Source: a virus
Taxonomy: Duplodnaviria; Caudoviricetes
DNA: 39,870 nt
Direction: 5' to 3' (one strand)
IMG/VR virus record: IMGVR_UViG_3300014656_000056
Span: 1-39,870 of that record
Shown: positions 1 to 9,778 of the stretch, piece by piece
Layout of the letters: each line of letters begins with the position of its first letter
Numbering within the stretch: position 1 is the stretch's first letter
Position numbers and translations under genes: made by a program
The notes under the pieces: model-generated
Seen by the model: the letters and a program-made list of their open reading frames with translations, nothing else
The model's database searches: none
Told to the model about the DNA's origin: nothing

Positions 1-441
1 CCAGTAGAACCCATTGACATATTGAAGCAAGAGCTTACCGAGGCGCTAGAGATGCTCAACCTGTCTAAAGTGGCGTATCAATCCGATCAAAGTGCTGACA
101 ACTCTACTGCATACACGCAAATACTACGGGAAGTGAAAACACTTATTAAGCAGATTGAGGCGTACAAAGACCCCGCGCAGGTTGCGGATGAGATAGCTGA
201 AATGGTACGCGACCTGTCGTCAGATTTCATACAACTGTACTTTGGCGCATTGCATGAATTGAAACCGTTTCTAACGACTGCTAGGAAGTCTGAAATAAAT
301 AGAAGCATTACAAAAATGGCGGTGTATGCTGAGAGGCGGTATAATACAGCGATACGTTCGATAAGAAAGGCGCTAGGGGCTACTGGAGACTATCTACCGG
401 ATGTAGATATTGATGCTATAAAGCGGGGACTAGATGGCTAG
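1..441 (+). CDS. Helical protein upstream of TerL, possible terminase small subunit (5'-truncated by the window edge)
   Basis: Frame is open from base 1 (PVEPIDILKQEL...). Its stop overlaps the TerL start. Function is inferred from position only. Confidence 0.45.
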   Translation, partial: PVEPIDILKQELTEALEMLNLSKVAYQSDQSADNSTAYTQILREVKTLIKQIEAYKDPAQVADEIAEMVRDLSSDFIQLYFGALHELKPFLTTARKSEINRSITKMAVYAERRYNTAIRSIRKALGATGDYLPDVDIDAIKRGLDG

Positions 442-2485
442 AACTCCCAATTTAATGGAGCTTGCCGAGAGGGCCATAGCCGCTGATTACGACCCATCAG
501 TACTAGACGCTATAGAGGAATACCGCCCGCCTACGGCGCCCAACATAGTTACATGGATGACAGATCCAAACTACATGTTGAAGATAAATCTGTTTCCTCG
601 TCAAGTGTATTTACTAGCTACGTTCACTGAAGATTACTGTCCTATGCGGTTTTGCTCAGATGTGCGGTGGTTCTCCAACCAGATTGAAGAAACCACTTTG
701 GATGATATCTACGAACGAGTTACGTTTCTTGAGCATGGGATATGCCCAAGATGCGGGGCTAATAGAGCGGAGCTTTACAAGGAAGGGCTGTTTAACAATT
801 ACACTGATTTCGTTGGTTGCGCGGGACAGCGTTCCGGTAAGACATTGATCACGGCAGGTGTACTAGCTACTTATCACCTACACCGCGTGTTGGCGCTTCC
901 CATGCCTTGGCGCTACTACGGGTTGGCGCCTAATCAGATACTGCATTTCACATTTGTGGCGACCACCAAAGGGCAAGCCAAAATGACGCTATGGGATGAG
1001 TTCATTGGCGCGTACAATGCCTCTCCGTGGTTTGCCGAGTACAATGCCTATCTGACCGCAGAAGGTAAGCGCCTGGGCAAAGAGTTGGTAAAGCCCCGAG
1101 AAACGTTTGTAGCTTATGTCAACAAAGCTATAGTGGTCACATACGCCGATTCACACAAACAGAAATTGCGCGGTTTGACGCGTATATTCGGGGCCGAGGA
1201 TGAAATTGGATGGTTCGACAGCAATGATGGAAAGAATAAAATCATAGCGAATCCCGACGAGACGTACAAGGCAATCGAGAACAGCCTAATGACCGTACGT
1301 TCCAAAGTAATGACGAAAATGCGCAAGGGTGAGTTCAATATACCTACGGCAATTCACGCTACAGTATCGTCTCCGTCTCGAAAAACCGACAAAATCATGC
1401 GGCTGGTTAGACAGGCGCATAAGGCACGTGGTATCTACGCATTCCACCACAGTACATTCGAGATAAATCCTACTGAAAACATAGATGCGTACGCTGATAT
1501 GCGGGTGAAAGAACCGTTGCAATTTGCCCGCGATTTCGAAGCTAATCCACTATATTCTTCCACACCCTACGTTGAAGATTACGGCATGCTGGAAAAGATA
1601 ACAGACATGCAGCCAGTATGCTCGGCAACGGTAGAGTACTATACGGATAAAAAGGGGGAATTCACTTACATCTACCAGAAGTTCGATAAAAAACTATCGG
1701 ATATCAAGGCCCCACTTTGCCTGTCAGTAGACGCGGGCGAAAAATTCAATCATTTTGCAGTAGTGTTGGCGTATCTCACTCCAGAAGGTGGCCTGCGCGT
1801 AATACAGGCATTTGACATTGCACCAGAAATCATAGACGGTGTTAGCATCGCCGTAAATATGCCCAAGGTTTTGAAGCACCTGATCAAGAAGCTGTTGGAC
1901 AATTTCTGTGTTAGGGATGTCGTATACGACAGATGGGAATCCGCGTTTCAAATTCAAGAAATTAGAGACTACTGTACGCCGTACGCAGACAAAGGTATGA
2001 GCGCCGTTAGAAACTCTCCTAAATACGCAGATGGTATGGAGTTTAGAGCGTCATTACCCACTGCGCGCCTGCCGTTAATGGAGCGCCCATTTTCCGAAAT
2101 GGATAGCGACCCTAAAACAGCTATAGTGAACGCACCAGGTACGCACTTGGTGTATCAATTGGTATCTGTTAGAGAGGTAGGCCGTTCCCTACCAAAAAAA
2201 GGTGTAGAATCTGATGATGATATTTTTAGGGCTGTGCTGAACGCGTTCGCCTGGATGACAGACGCAGAGAATATCAAATTCTACACAGACCATTCATACT
2301 ACTCATTATCCTCACCAAGTAGGGGTAAAGCCAAAGGGTTAACGGCTTTTGGTGCTGGTATGTCTGGTCCCAAGGTTACTTCAATAGGTAGTAGCGGTTC
2401 GGTAGGCGCAGGATTTAGTGACAAGGTTACCGGAGCAGCAGCCACAGGCAGCAAAGCAGGAGTCGGACATGGGTTCTCCAGTTGA
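434..2485 (+). CDS. terL: Terminase large subunit
   Basis: Walker A AGQRSGKT, Walker B RIFGAEDEIG, coupling motif VSSP, RNase H-like nuclease motifs SVDAG, VYDRWES and DDDIFRA. Lies upstream of portal/protease/capsid genes. Confidence 0.9.
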   Translation: MARTPNLMELAERAIAADYDPSVLDAIEEYRPPTAPNIVTWMTDPNYMLKINLFPRQVYLLATFTEDYCPMRFCSDVRWFSNQIEETTLDDIYERVTFLEHGICPRCGANRAELYKEGLFNNYTDFVGCAGQRSGKTLITAGVLATYHLHRVLALPMPWRYYGLAPNQILHFTFVATTKGQAKMTLWDEFIGAYNASPWFAEYNAYLTAEGKRLGKELVKPRETFVAYVNKAIVVTYADSHKQKLRGLTRIFGAEDEIGWFDSNDGKNKIIANPDETYKAIENSLMTVRSKVMTKMRKGEFNIPTAIHATVSSPSRKTDKIMRLVRQAHKARGIYAFHHSTFEINPTENIDAYADMRVKEPLQFARDFEANPLYSSTPYVEDYGMLEKITDMQPVCSATVEYYTDKKGEFTYIYQKFDKKLSDIKAPLCLSVDAGEKFNHFAVVLAYLTPEGGLRVIQAFDIAPEIIDGVSIAVNMPKVLKHLIKKLLDNFCVRDVVYDRWESAFQIQEIRDYCTPYADKGMSAVRNSPKYADGMEFRASLPTARLPLMERPFSEMDSDPKTAIVNAPGTHLVYQLVSVREVGRSLPKKGVESDDDIFRAVLNAFAWMTDAENIKFYTDHSYYSLSSPSRGKAKGLTAFGAGMSGPKVTSIGSSGSVGAGFSDKVTGAAATGSKAGVGHGFSS

Positions 2486-2771
2486 TAAAATCAAGTTACA
2501 GATGATACACGCACGCCGTGTAGAGGGCGATACTGTAGTAGTAACATCCAAATCTTTTCTGGATAAAGACGTTACGAAAGTGGTTAAAAAGACAGAAAAA
2601 AAGAAGAAAGACGCCGTTTCGGAGGTACTACAGCCTCCGACTACGACAGGTACCCCCTGTAGCAAGTGTCCTAGATGCGCAGGGAAGTTGACGCAGATAA
2701 AGCTAGCTGACAACAAACAGCACGGCTACTGTAATAAGTGTCGATTTGTGGATCCAGAGGTACGCAAATGA
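2469..2771 (+). CDS. Small basic Zn-ribbon protein
   Basis: ATG 2469 after AGGAG. CPRC...YCNKC pairs. Stop overlaps the portal start (ATGA). Confidence 0.65.
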   Translation: MGSPVDKIKLQMIHARRVEGDTVVVTSKSFLDKDVTKVVKKTEKKKKDAVSEVLQPPTTTGTPCSKCPRCAGKLTQIKLADNKQHGYCNKCRFVDPEVRK

Positions 2772-4747
2772 TCCGATACGCAGGCCGCAGAAGTTACGGT
2801 TATGGTGCGTCCAGGGGCGGACTAGTACGGACGGCTAGCGGGGCCCAGATGGAGGTATTCTCCCCAGCTACCGACAAGCTAGAGTGGGGCGGGATCATAG
2901 AGGATGAGATCCCAACTGATCCGGAACGGTTGAACAAGTTATTGCGGCTCATATATCTGAGGGATATCATATCCGGCGCTGCAATAGACATGTACGCTGA
3001 ATTTCCGTGGTCCGAGTACACTCTGTCTGGTGTTGACGAGAAGGCTGTGATGTTGTACGAAGAATCGGTTCAGGAGCTGAACATACCCACTTTAATGACT
3101 GACATTACCAGAGAGCAGTTAATGATGGGAAAGGTCATAGGATCTACTACGTGGGACTCTGGTGATGGTGTGTGGCTGGACTGTATCATTCATGATCCGG
3201 ATTACTGCAATATTTTTATCCGCCCTTTGCGAAATTACCCTCCGCGTATCGATCTGAAAGCTACTGACGCGTGGAGGGCGTTGCTATCCTCAGAAGACGA
3301 GCGAGATCAGGAGATCCTACAGGAACTAGATCCGGAACTGATAGAAGCTATGGAAACGGAGGGGCTTGTGCCTCTCTCTACGGAGAACACGATATACTTC
3401 CCTCGCAGGATAGCTCCATACGACTATCTGGGGACGTCAATTCTGTCTAGGATAATTCCCATCTATGCATTCGAGAAACAGCTACAGGATGCAACGTTAG
3501 CTGGTGTACGTAGGAAAGCGTTCGGTACCACACATGTCAAGATGGGCGAGTCCGAGAATTGGCTGCCAGGTCAAGACGAGATGCAAAGTATAGTTTCCGC
3601 GCTCCAGGTAGCGGAAGCCGACCCGTTGGGCGGTGTGGTAGTCACTGCCTATGGCACAGAGATTGACCGATTGGATAACGCATCCAGTATGTGGAAGTAC
3701 TCGGATGAGTGGTCTTACCTGCGCGAAGCAAAAATGAATGCGTTGGGTATCAACGATGCATTGCTGTCCGGTGATCAAAACCTTAGTACCAAAGAAGCGG
3801 CGTTGTCGATCTTTATTGATCGCCTGCGTTCGATGCGAGAGTATCAAACGCGCGAAGTGCTCGTCAATAAGCTGTTCGTTCCAGTGGCAAAAGCTCACGA
3901 GATATATAAGCCACTCCCAAAAGAGTTGGCGCATAAGTACCGCATGCGCGGAAATAGACGGCTGGACCTGCCAGACGTCAGCTATAAGAAAAAACTGCAA
4001 CCCATCGCTGATGACGACTGGTTGAACGTCTTAATGACGCTGAAAGAGGAGGGTGTGCCACTTACTTTACGTACGTGGGCGTCCGCTGGTGGCGTTGACA
4101 TGGATAGGGAAATAGCAGGGTTACCGCAGGACCTGAAAGATCGGGACGCACTAAAGGAGTGGAAAAGCAAGCTGAGCGGTGGGGGCGAAGAGGGGGAAGA
4201 AGGTATGTTTGGATCCGTTATAGATAGTTTTTCCAAAAATGCTTTACAGACCACGCCAAGTACACGTAACCGCATTTTAGCTAACACAGCTAGTGTGCGC
4301 TTCTTTAAAGAAGATAAATTCGTAGTACCCACGTTGACGAAAGAACGTATCGGTAAATCTATTGATCTGATCAACTTCTTACCTAGTACGGCTATACATG
4401 ATGAGGGTTTCGTTCGGCAGGTGTTAGCCGAGTACTATACTCCAACAGAAATGGACTATACTTTATACATACTAGCTAGATTGGGGCATATTCCGCCATT
4501 CAAAATATCAGACAAATCCGCAAAGAAGATCATAGCGCATATCAGATCACAAATAGATGCGAATACTTCATTGTTGCCAGAAATTCTATTGATTCGTAAA
4601 TGGTACTACGCGGGCGAGCACCCGGATGAAAGGAAATTGATCGAATCGATAGACGTTAGTCATATCAGCCCCAGGGACCTAGCCAAAGCGCACCTTCCAG
4701 AGCACGAATTACCTTCTAATCAATTCCTTTCGGGGCGTACAGCCTAA
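2768..4747 (+). CDS. Portal protein
   Basis: ATG 2768 after GAGG. Position between TerL and protease. Portal-like segments (GAAIDMYAEFP, YLGTSILSRI, NALGINDALLSG). About 660 aa with a C-terminal extension. Confidence 0.75.
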   Translation: MIRYAGRRSYGYGASRGGLVRTASGAQMEVFSPATDKLEWGGIIEDEIPTDPERLNKLLRLIYLRDIISGAAIDMYAEFPWSEYTLSGVDEKAVMLYEESVQELNIPTLMTDITREQLMMGKVIGSTTWDSGDGVWLDCIIHDPDYCNIFIRPLRNYPPRIDLKATDAWRALLSSEDERDQEILQELDPELIEAMETEGLVPLSTENTIYFPRRIAPYDYLGTSILSRIIPIYAFEKQLQDATLAGVRRKAFGTTHVKMGESENWLPGQDEMQSIVSALQVAEADPLGGVVVTAYGTEIDRLDNASSMWKYSDEWSYLREAKMNALGINDALLSGDQNLSTKEAALSIFIDRLRSMREYQTREVLVNKLFVPVAKAHEIYKPLPKELAHKYRMRGNRRLDLPDVSYKKKLQPIADDDWLNVLMTLKEEGVPLTLRTWASAGGVDMDREIAGLPQDLKDRDALKEWKSKLSGGGEEGEEGMFGSVIDSFSKNALQTTPSTRNRILANTASVRFFKEDKFVVPTLTKERIGKSIDLINFLPSTAIHDEGFVRQVLAEYYTPTEMDYTLYILARLGHIPPFKISDKSAKKIIAHIRSQIDANTSLLPEILLIRKWYYAGEHPDERKLIESIDVSHISPRDLAKAHLPEHELPSNQFLSGRTA

Positions 4748-4754
4748 GTAGCTC

Positions 4755-4765
4755 TATTTTAGTGG
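4755..4765 (+). promoter_or_regulatory. TATTTTAGTGG, variant of a candidate late-promoter motif
   Basis: Intergenic. Resembles TATTTTATGTG at 5538 and 14300. Confidence 0.3.
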
Positions 4766-4789
4766 GGAAGATCGTATAAGGAGTACTCA

Positions 4790-5527
4790 ATGAGTGATTT
4801 GACTACTTACAATAGAATACCATTATTTGTACAAGGCGAGACGGCGATTACTGGTGCCGCACATGAAACGTTCCGATGGAATGTATCAAAAACCAAAGTG
4901 GGCGGGTTATACATACCGTACATAGAAGGTAATGCTACAAGCCACCAAGTGGATATATCGTGGTTGGCAGATTGCGCAGACACCTACAAAATAAGTGCCG
5001 ATCCCAGTGATTACGTACTAGCAGAAGTACCGATAGTTACAGTAGACGTCCCAAATAGAAATATGGATTGCTTTCCGTACCAATCAGTTTCTGACTTTTC
5101 CACTTATCTGGGAAATATAGTATACAAAACGTTCATTCGAAAACCCACCTATTTGAATCACGCCAACAAAAATCCAGCGCTCGCAAAGGGGGTTAACTTC
5201 GATGCAGCAATGAAAAAGATTGGGAATGTGTGGAAGATAATTATCCTGTCGGGGTTCGATAGAACCAAAGATGCTAATCTCGCGCAAGCAATCGCAGACA
5301 GGAAGCGCACAAAGTTTTCTATGGGCGCTTTTGTAGATTACACAAAATGTAGTCTACATGGAAAACAAAATGGCCCCCCACCCGCCAGCTGTTGCAGATA
5401 CAAAAAATTCGATGTAGTGAATGGAAAACTACGTTATGACTTGTGCTATGGCGTGAATTTCATTGAAAATTCATCCGTAGACGATCCGGCTGACGTGTAT
5501 GCTGATGCTCCCGAGATATGGGCGTAA
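4790..5527 (+). CDS. Prohead (capsid maturation) protease, HK97/assemblin-type fold
   Basis: Motifs PNRNMDCF, PTYLNH (candidate His), FSMG (candidate Ser), FIENSSVDDPAD. Position between portal and scaffold. AAGGAG RBS. Confidence 0.75.
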   Translation: MSDLTTYNRIPLFVQGETAITGAAHETFRWNVSKTKVGGLYIPYIEGNATSHQVDISWLADCADTYKISADPSDYVLAEVPIVTVDVPNRNMDCFPYQSVSDFSTYLGNIVYKTFIRKPTYLNHANKNPALAKGVNFDAAMKKIGNVWKIIILSGFDRTKDANLAQAIADRKRTKFSMGAFVDYTKCSLHGKQNGPPPASCCRYKKFDVVNGKLRYDLCYGVNFIENSSVDDPADVYADAPEIWA

Positions 5528-5537
5528 TTAGTGAGTG

Positions 5538-5548
5538 TATTTTATGTG
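5538..5548 (+). promoter_or_regulatory. TATTTTATGTG candidate late-promoter motif
   Basis: Exact copy at 14300-14310. Both are in intergenic leaders of virion genes. Confidence 0.4.
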
Positions 5549-5643
5549 TGTAAGAATCTTTTGGTTCTGCACTAGGTGTTTTGATAAACGCGTCAGTAAC
5601 ATTATTTCAATAGACGCACAATCGCCATCCTTGGAGGTTTGAG

Positions 5644-7638
5644 ATGGATGAAATTCTAGACGCTCTATTAGAGCACGGTATGAGCCCACAAAGTAGTTTT
5701 GTGCGAAATGCAGAACTTTGCTTTTTGTACGACGATGATGCGGACGCCAAAGCTGCGGCACCGGTCATTATAGCAGCGTGTAGTGCAGGCACTACGGCGC
5801 TACTAGACTTAGACTTTATGCCATCTTGCGCGGTAGTAGTTACTGCTATGGGGGATGAGTCCGAAGACGAGGATTACGACGAAGACGACTTCGACTTCAG
5901 CGACGATGAGTTGGACGCACTTGAATTTACTGCAAGCGTTAAAGGCAGTGATGACGAGGATTACGACGAAGACGACGACGAAGACGATGATGATTACGAC
6001 GACGAAGACGATGATGATTACGACGATGATGATGAGGACGACGCTATTACAGCTAACGTAGATGGGTATGAGTTTGGCGAATTGTCGGATGATGAAGAGA
6101 TTGAGTTGTTGGCGTTTTTCGGCGAAGGTGCTGACGACTCCGACATGGTAGTGGTAGAGGCTAACGCCGAAACTATTTTCTGTATGTACGATACGTACCG
6201 AATCGCAGACGGCTCTACCATCGTTATCGCGGGTGTGGACGAAGACGAACGTATCAGCGTAATCCACAGGAATGAGGCTGGAGAAGAGACTGCAAGGTCC
6301 GCCATGCCTTATGACAAGTTAGTTAGTGCGATAGCAAATTCTGAAAAGACGGCCACCAACACTGAAGCGGAACTACGCTCTGCCAGAGCACAGTGCACCA
6401 ACGCAGAAGTAGCAGCTGAGTTGGATCAGCTAATCGAAGAGATATCGGCCACAACCCAGAAACCAAAACCCAGTACCAGTAAGCCTGGCACACCGTCCAG
6501 GGATCTTGGCGGACGAGAAGGCCGACCAGCAGACTTTGGAGGGTCATACGGGAGTAGCAAAAGAGGTAAGGGCATGAACGTAGCAGAGGTACTGAAAGCT
6601 TACGGATTCAGCTGTAAGCAGGGTAAGGACGGTATCACTACCGCCGAGAACGACGACGTCAAGATGCGTATTGAAGTTGTCGATGACGACAAAATGCAGC
6701 TAAAAGGTGAGGTCAAGGCTGGGTCTAAGATCAAGCACAAAACTCATCCTTTCTCAAAGGCTGTTGATTTTGCTACGCCGGAAGAACTTTCCGCGATTGT
6801 AGAGTCCATGGGATATAGCCGAGTAGCTAGCGCACGTCTGGCGCAGCTGGATAGCCTAGTGGCAACATCAGATACCGACGTTACCATGGATCTGTGGGAG
6901 GCGGATGACGGCCCCTTCTGGAGTATAGCTATCAACGGTTCTCCCGTTGGGCAGCTTCACCTGCAAGATCAGGGGAACCGCGAAGTGGTTGACGACCTAT
7001 TTTGCACCGATACATTCGCCTCTAGCTTGAAGTCCGCTATCGTGGCGTTTGGGCCAAAAGAGATGATGGAGTGCCACAATGTGCGCCTGTATGAGGCGGT
7101 GGTCCACGAGGCTGACGCCATTCAGCAAATCAAGCACGAGCTGGAAGAGACGTATGCAGCGAAGTATGCATCATTGGAAGATGGCTTTCGGGAGAGCTTC
7201 AAAAACACAGCGCAAGTGGCCATTACTGGCCTAGCGAAGAACTGGTGGATAGCCGAAGGCGGGGACCCACTGAAAGGTGCGCTGTATGATGCGATGACTG
7301 AACGTGGCGTGTCAAATTGTGTTGAAATTATCAACGCGGCTTACGCTGCTGGCGCTCCTCCGCTGATTGAGGCTTTGATTGCACGTACATACGCGCTGCA
7401 AGACCTTGAACCTGCCGCATTTGAACAGGTTACTGCGGCTATAATGGATTCGCCCATAAAGCCTATTGACGACCCATCCGAAACTATCGCGTCCACGCAG
7501 ACTGGCGCTGAGTATTCAGCTATGCTGGAGCGCGGTAACATGCCGCTGAACACAGCGTCCGCCAAGGACACTGATGATTCTGATTTTTCTAAACGGAGCA
7601 AGAAAGTTTTTGCCAATTATGGCCGAAACCGACGCTAA
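5644..7638 (+). CDS. Large acidic scaffold / head-core-like protein
   Basis: GGAGG RBS. Between protease and decoration/capsid genes. Asp/Glu tracts near the N-terminus, helical C-terminal half, basic C-terminus. Confidence 0.55.
   Translation: MDEILDALLEHGMSPQSSFVRNAELCFLYDDDADAKAAAPVIIAACSAGTTALLDLDFMPSCAVVVTAMGDESEDEDYDEDDFDFSDDELDALEFTASVKGSDDEDYDEDDDEDDDDYDDEDDDDYDDDDEDDAITANVDGYEFGELSDDEEIELLAFFGEGADDSDMVVVEANAETIFCMYDTYRIADGSTIVIAGVDEDERISVIHRNEAGEETARSAMPYDKLVSAIANSEKTATNTEAELRSARAQCTNAEVAAELDQLIEEISATTQKPKPSTSKPGTPSRDLGGREGRPADFGGSYGSSKRGKGMNVAEVLKAYGFSCKQGKDGITTAENDDVKMRIEVVDDDKMQLKGEVKAGSKIKHKTHPFSKAVDFATPEELSAIVESMGYSRVASARLAQLDSLVATSDTDVTMDLWEADDGPFWSIAINGSPVGQLHLQDQGNREVVDDLFCTDTFASSLKSAIVAFGPKEMMECHNVRLYEAVVHEADAIQQIKHELEETYAAKYASLEDGFRESFKNTAQVAITGLAKNWWIAEGGDPLKGALYDAMTERGVSNCVEIINAAYAAGAPPLIEALIARTYALQDLEPAAFEQVTAAIMDSPIKPIDDPSETIASTQTGAEYSAMLERGNMPLNTASAKDTDDSDFSKRSKKVFANYGRNRR
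5864..6042 (+). repeat. Low-complexity GAY/GAR codon repeats encoding DEDYDEDD units
   Basis: GACGAGGATTACGACGAAGACGAC occurs twice (~5866, ~5953). GACGACGAAGACGATGATGATTAC is tandemly duplicated at ~5974-6021. Confidence 0.8.
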
Positions 7639-7650
7639 ATTGTTTGTTTG

Positions 7651-7682
7651 TGGGTGAGAGCGAATTAGGTTGCTCTCACCCA
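7651..7682 (+). promoter_or_regulatory. Strong intergenic hairpin without U-tract (mRNA stabiliser or processing site)
   Basis: TGGGTGAGAGC (7651-7661) and GCTCTCACCCA (7672-7682) form a perfect 11-bp inverted repeat just before the AAGGAGG RBS of the 7705 gene. Confidence 0.55.
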
Positions 7683-7704
7683 ATACTCTAAGGAGGTTTA
7701 TACC

Positions 7705-8466
7705 ATGGCACTACTCGACAATACTGTTGATCTGGGCATGTGGGATCGCACCCGAACGCGCTGGAACGAGATGCGCGAGATGGATGTTCTCGCAGGACAG
7801 ACCATTGCAGAGGAAGGGTCCTGTTTGGTCCTAGTTGGATCAGGCTCGTCCGCTTTCGTTCGCGACGCTACAGGTACTGCTGCTGACGTTTGGTACGGAA
7901 TGTCCGTCAAAGACACCCGAGCTATTCTGACTGACGCTGCAAAGGAAACGCTGACCGTACCCGCAGCTGGCACGTATACACTAACTTTGTCGCGTTCGAA
8001 CCTGGTTGGTTCGTTTGCTGCAACATCAGTGTATGTTTACGACAACACGGCAGTAGCCGCGTTGGCCGAGAAAGCCGCTCTCCCAGCCGCTTCGGGCCAG
8101 TATGTTGTTAACTACACAACTGGCGTAATCACGTTCCATCTGGACGAGGCTGCGCACAGTGTAACGATTGCTTATCGTTACAACATGACTGTTGCTGAGC
8201 GTAATGCGCGTTTCGCGGAACGTCCCGCTAACACTGGCGCGTCTGACGCGTATGCGCAGTGTGGCGTAATGTGTGGTCCTGGCGTTATCTACACGAAGAT
8301 CTATGATACTGCGGTAGCATATGCCATTGGTGGTGCTATCTATACCGGCGCCAGTGGACGTTTTACGTCCGGTGCTGGTTCGACAATTATCATAGGCACA
8401 TGTGTGCAGATTCCGTCGACCACGAATTCGTTTCTCGGCATCGCTATCAAGGCTCCTGTGACCTGA
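7705..8466 (+). CDS. Head decoration / capsid cement protein with an inserted beta-sandwich-like domain
   Basis: Immediately upstream of MCP. Strong AAGGAGG RBS. Ala/Thr/Gly-rich. C-terminal YAIGGAIYTGASGRFT...IIGTC resembles decoration proteins. Central YVVNYTTGVITF...VTIAYRY looks like an insert. Confidence 0.6.
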   Translation: MALLDNTVDLGMWDRTRTRWNEMREMDVLAGQTIAEEGSCLVLVGSGSSAFVRDATGTAADVWYGMSVKDTRAILTDAAKETLTVPAAGTYTLTLSRSNLVGSFAATSVYVYDNTAVAALAEKAALPAASGQYVVNYTTGVITFHLDEAAHSVTIAYRYNMTVAERNARFAERPANTGASDAYAQCGVMCGPGVIYTKIYDTAVAYAIGGAIYTGASGRFTSGAGSTIIIGTCVQIPSTTNSFLGIAIKAPVT

Positions 8467-8623
8467 TAGTCGATAGTAGTAGTTCATCGGTATAGTATTA
8501 GGAAGCCTTAGAGTATTGTAATTGCTCAATGTTTGTTCCGATGGGCGGTATTCTAGCAACATTACGGACCAGAAGTTTGAACAAGTCCGGCTTTATAGAG
8601 CCGTCCTATTGGAGGTTTTGAAA

Positions 8624-9700
8624 ATGGGTACCAAGTTTAATCCGTTCACCAGCAAAGCGCGTCGAATCGCGCCTCGTACGGGTAGCGTCATCGAGTCGGC
8701 TACCGAGAATCACTTTGACGACGCAACTGATGAGTTGAATGCTTCGTCAAAAATAGACGCTATTCGCGCTCAGCACGCTATTATCAATGCGCTGCGCACC
8801 GGTCAAGTAGACCGCACCAATCCGCACCTTCGTGCCAACCAATATGACATGTTGCGTGAAGCCTCGGCTGATCGTACTGGCAAGTCTTGGCAGATCCTGG
8901 GGCAGCGTATGGGTGAGGGCATTTATGAGACCATGGATCGTCAAGGTCTCGCACGTCACGTCATGCAAACCATCGAAACGAACGAGGGCATCGCTCGCGT
9001 TCCCATTCACAAGAAGGACGTTGTTGGTTCTATGGCCACCACGTCTGGCAACTGGACCCCGTCTGTTGTGCAGAACCACGAGGTGTATCCCGAGTGGCTC
9101 AACATCGCAGTCAATGTCCACGTAGCTGAAGTGGAAATCGCTATGGCGTCGTATGACATGTTGGAAGAATCGTACAACAAGGCGCTTGAGCAATCAATGG
9201 TTGTTGAGGACCGGATTGCTAAGAGTCTGTGGGACGCTAACGCCAACATCGCCAACGCGTTGACTCTGTTCAACACGTTTACTCCAGCGGTCTTCTCCTC
9301 AGTTAAGAACCTGGTTCGGAACTGGGGCCTGAGTGTAACCTCAACGATTATCGCTGTGGACATTTGGGATGACATCGCAACCAGTACCGAGTTTTCTACC
9401 TGGTTCGACCCCATGACCAAGCGCGAGCTTATCATGGATGGCGAGCTTGGCTCTATCCTCGGCGTACAAATTTTCACAGATGCTACGCGCCCCAACACCC
9501 TCCAGGTGCTGAACGCTGGCGAAGTGTACATGTTTGCGGCTCCGTCGTCCACCGGCGCTATCGTGCAACGCGAGCCCTTCCGGATTCAGGCAACTGATCA
9601 GTACAACAACGGGTCCCCTACTCGTGGTTGGTTCGGTTGGATGATCGAAGCGCAGACGTGCCCCAACGCCCGCGCACAGGCTAAGGCGCAACGCATCTAA
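8624..9700 (+). CDS. Major capsid protein (HK97 fold)
   Basis: ATG 8624 after GGAGG, 358 aa. HK97-like segments (MVVEDRI, GELGSILGVQIFTD, GEVYMFA). Followed by a strong terminator. Confidence 0.85.
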   Translation: MGTKFNPFTSKARRIAPRTGSVIESATENHFDDATDELNASSKIDAIRAQHAIINALRTGQVDRTNPHLRANQYDMLREASADRTGKSWQILGQRMGEGIYETMDRQGLARHVMQTIETNEGIARVPIHKKDVVGSMATTSGNWTPSVVQNHEVYPEWLNIAVNVHVAEVEIAMASYDMLEESYNKALEQSMVVEDRIAKSLWDANANIANALTLFNTFTPAVFSSVKNLVRNWGLSVTSTIIAVDIWDDIATSTEFSTWFDPMTKRELIMDGELGSILGVQIFTDATRPNTLQVLNAGEVYMFAAPSSTGAIVQREPFRIQATDQYNNGSPTRGWFGWMIEAQTCPNARAQAKAQRI

Positions 9701-9721
9701 TACGTTGTTGTTGATTTGTCT

Positions 9722-9756
9722 AAGGGCGGGGGAGGTTTTGCCTCTCCCGCCTTTTT
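9722..9756 (+). terminator. Rho-independent terminator after MCP
   Basis: GGCGGGGGAGG-TTTTG-CCTCTCCCGCC followed by TTTTT. Confidence 0.9.
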
Positions 9757-9778
9757 AGTCGAATAGAGTGATTTCGTT

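Noticed and set aside
14-19. TTGACA near the window start
   Set aside because: It lies inside an open coding frame with no -10 box at the proper spacing.
5864-6042. Direct repeats as a possible CRISPR array
   Set aside because: They are in-frame Asp/Glu codon repeats, without regular unique spacers or cas genes.
7651-7682. Hairpin as an intrinsic terminator
   Set aside because: No U-tract on either strand, and it sits mid-operon before highly expressed genes.
8522-8623. Longer N-termini from the ORF track (8522, also 2418, 2738, 13928, 15122, 25428, 31203, 32402, 33733)
   Set aside because: Downstream ATGs have clear RBSs or stop-start overlaps and coincide with domain starts.
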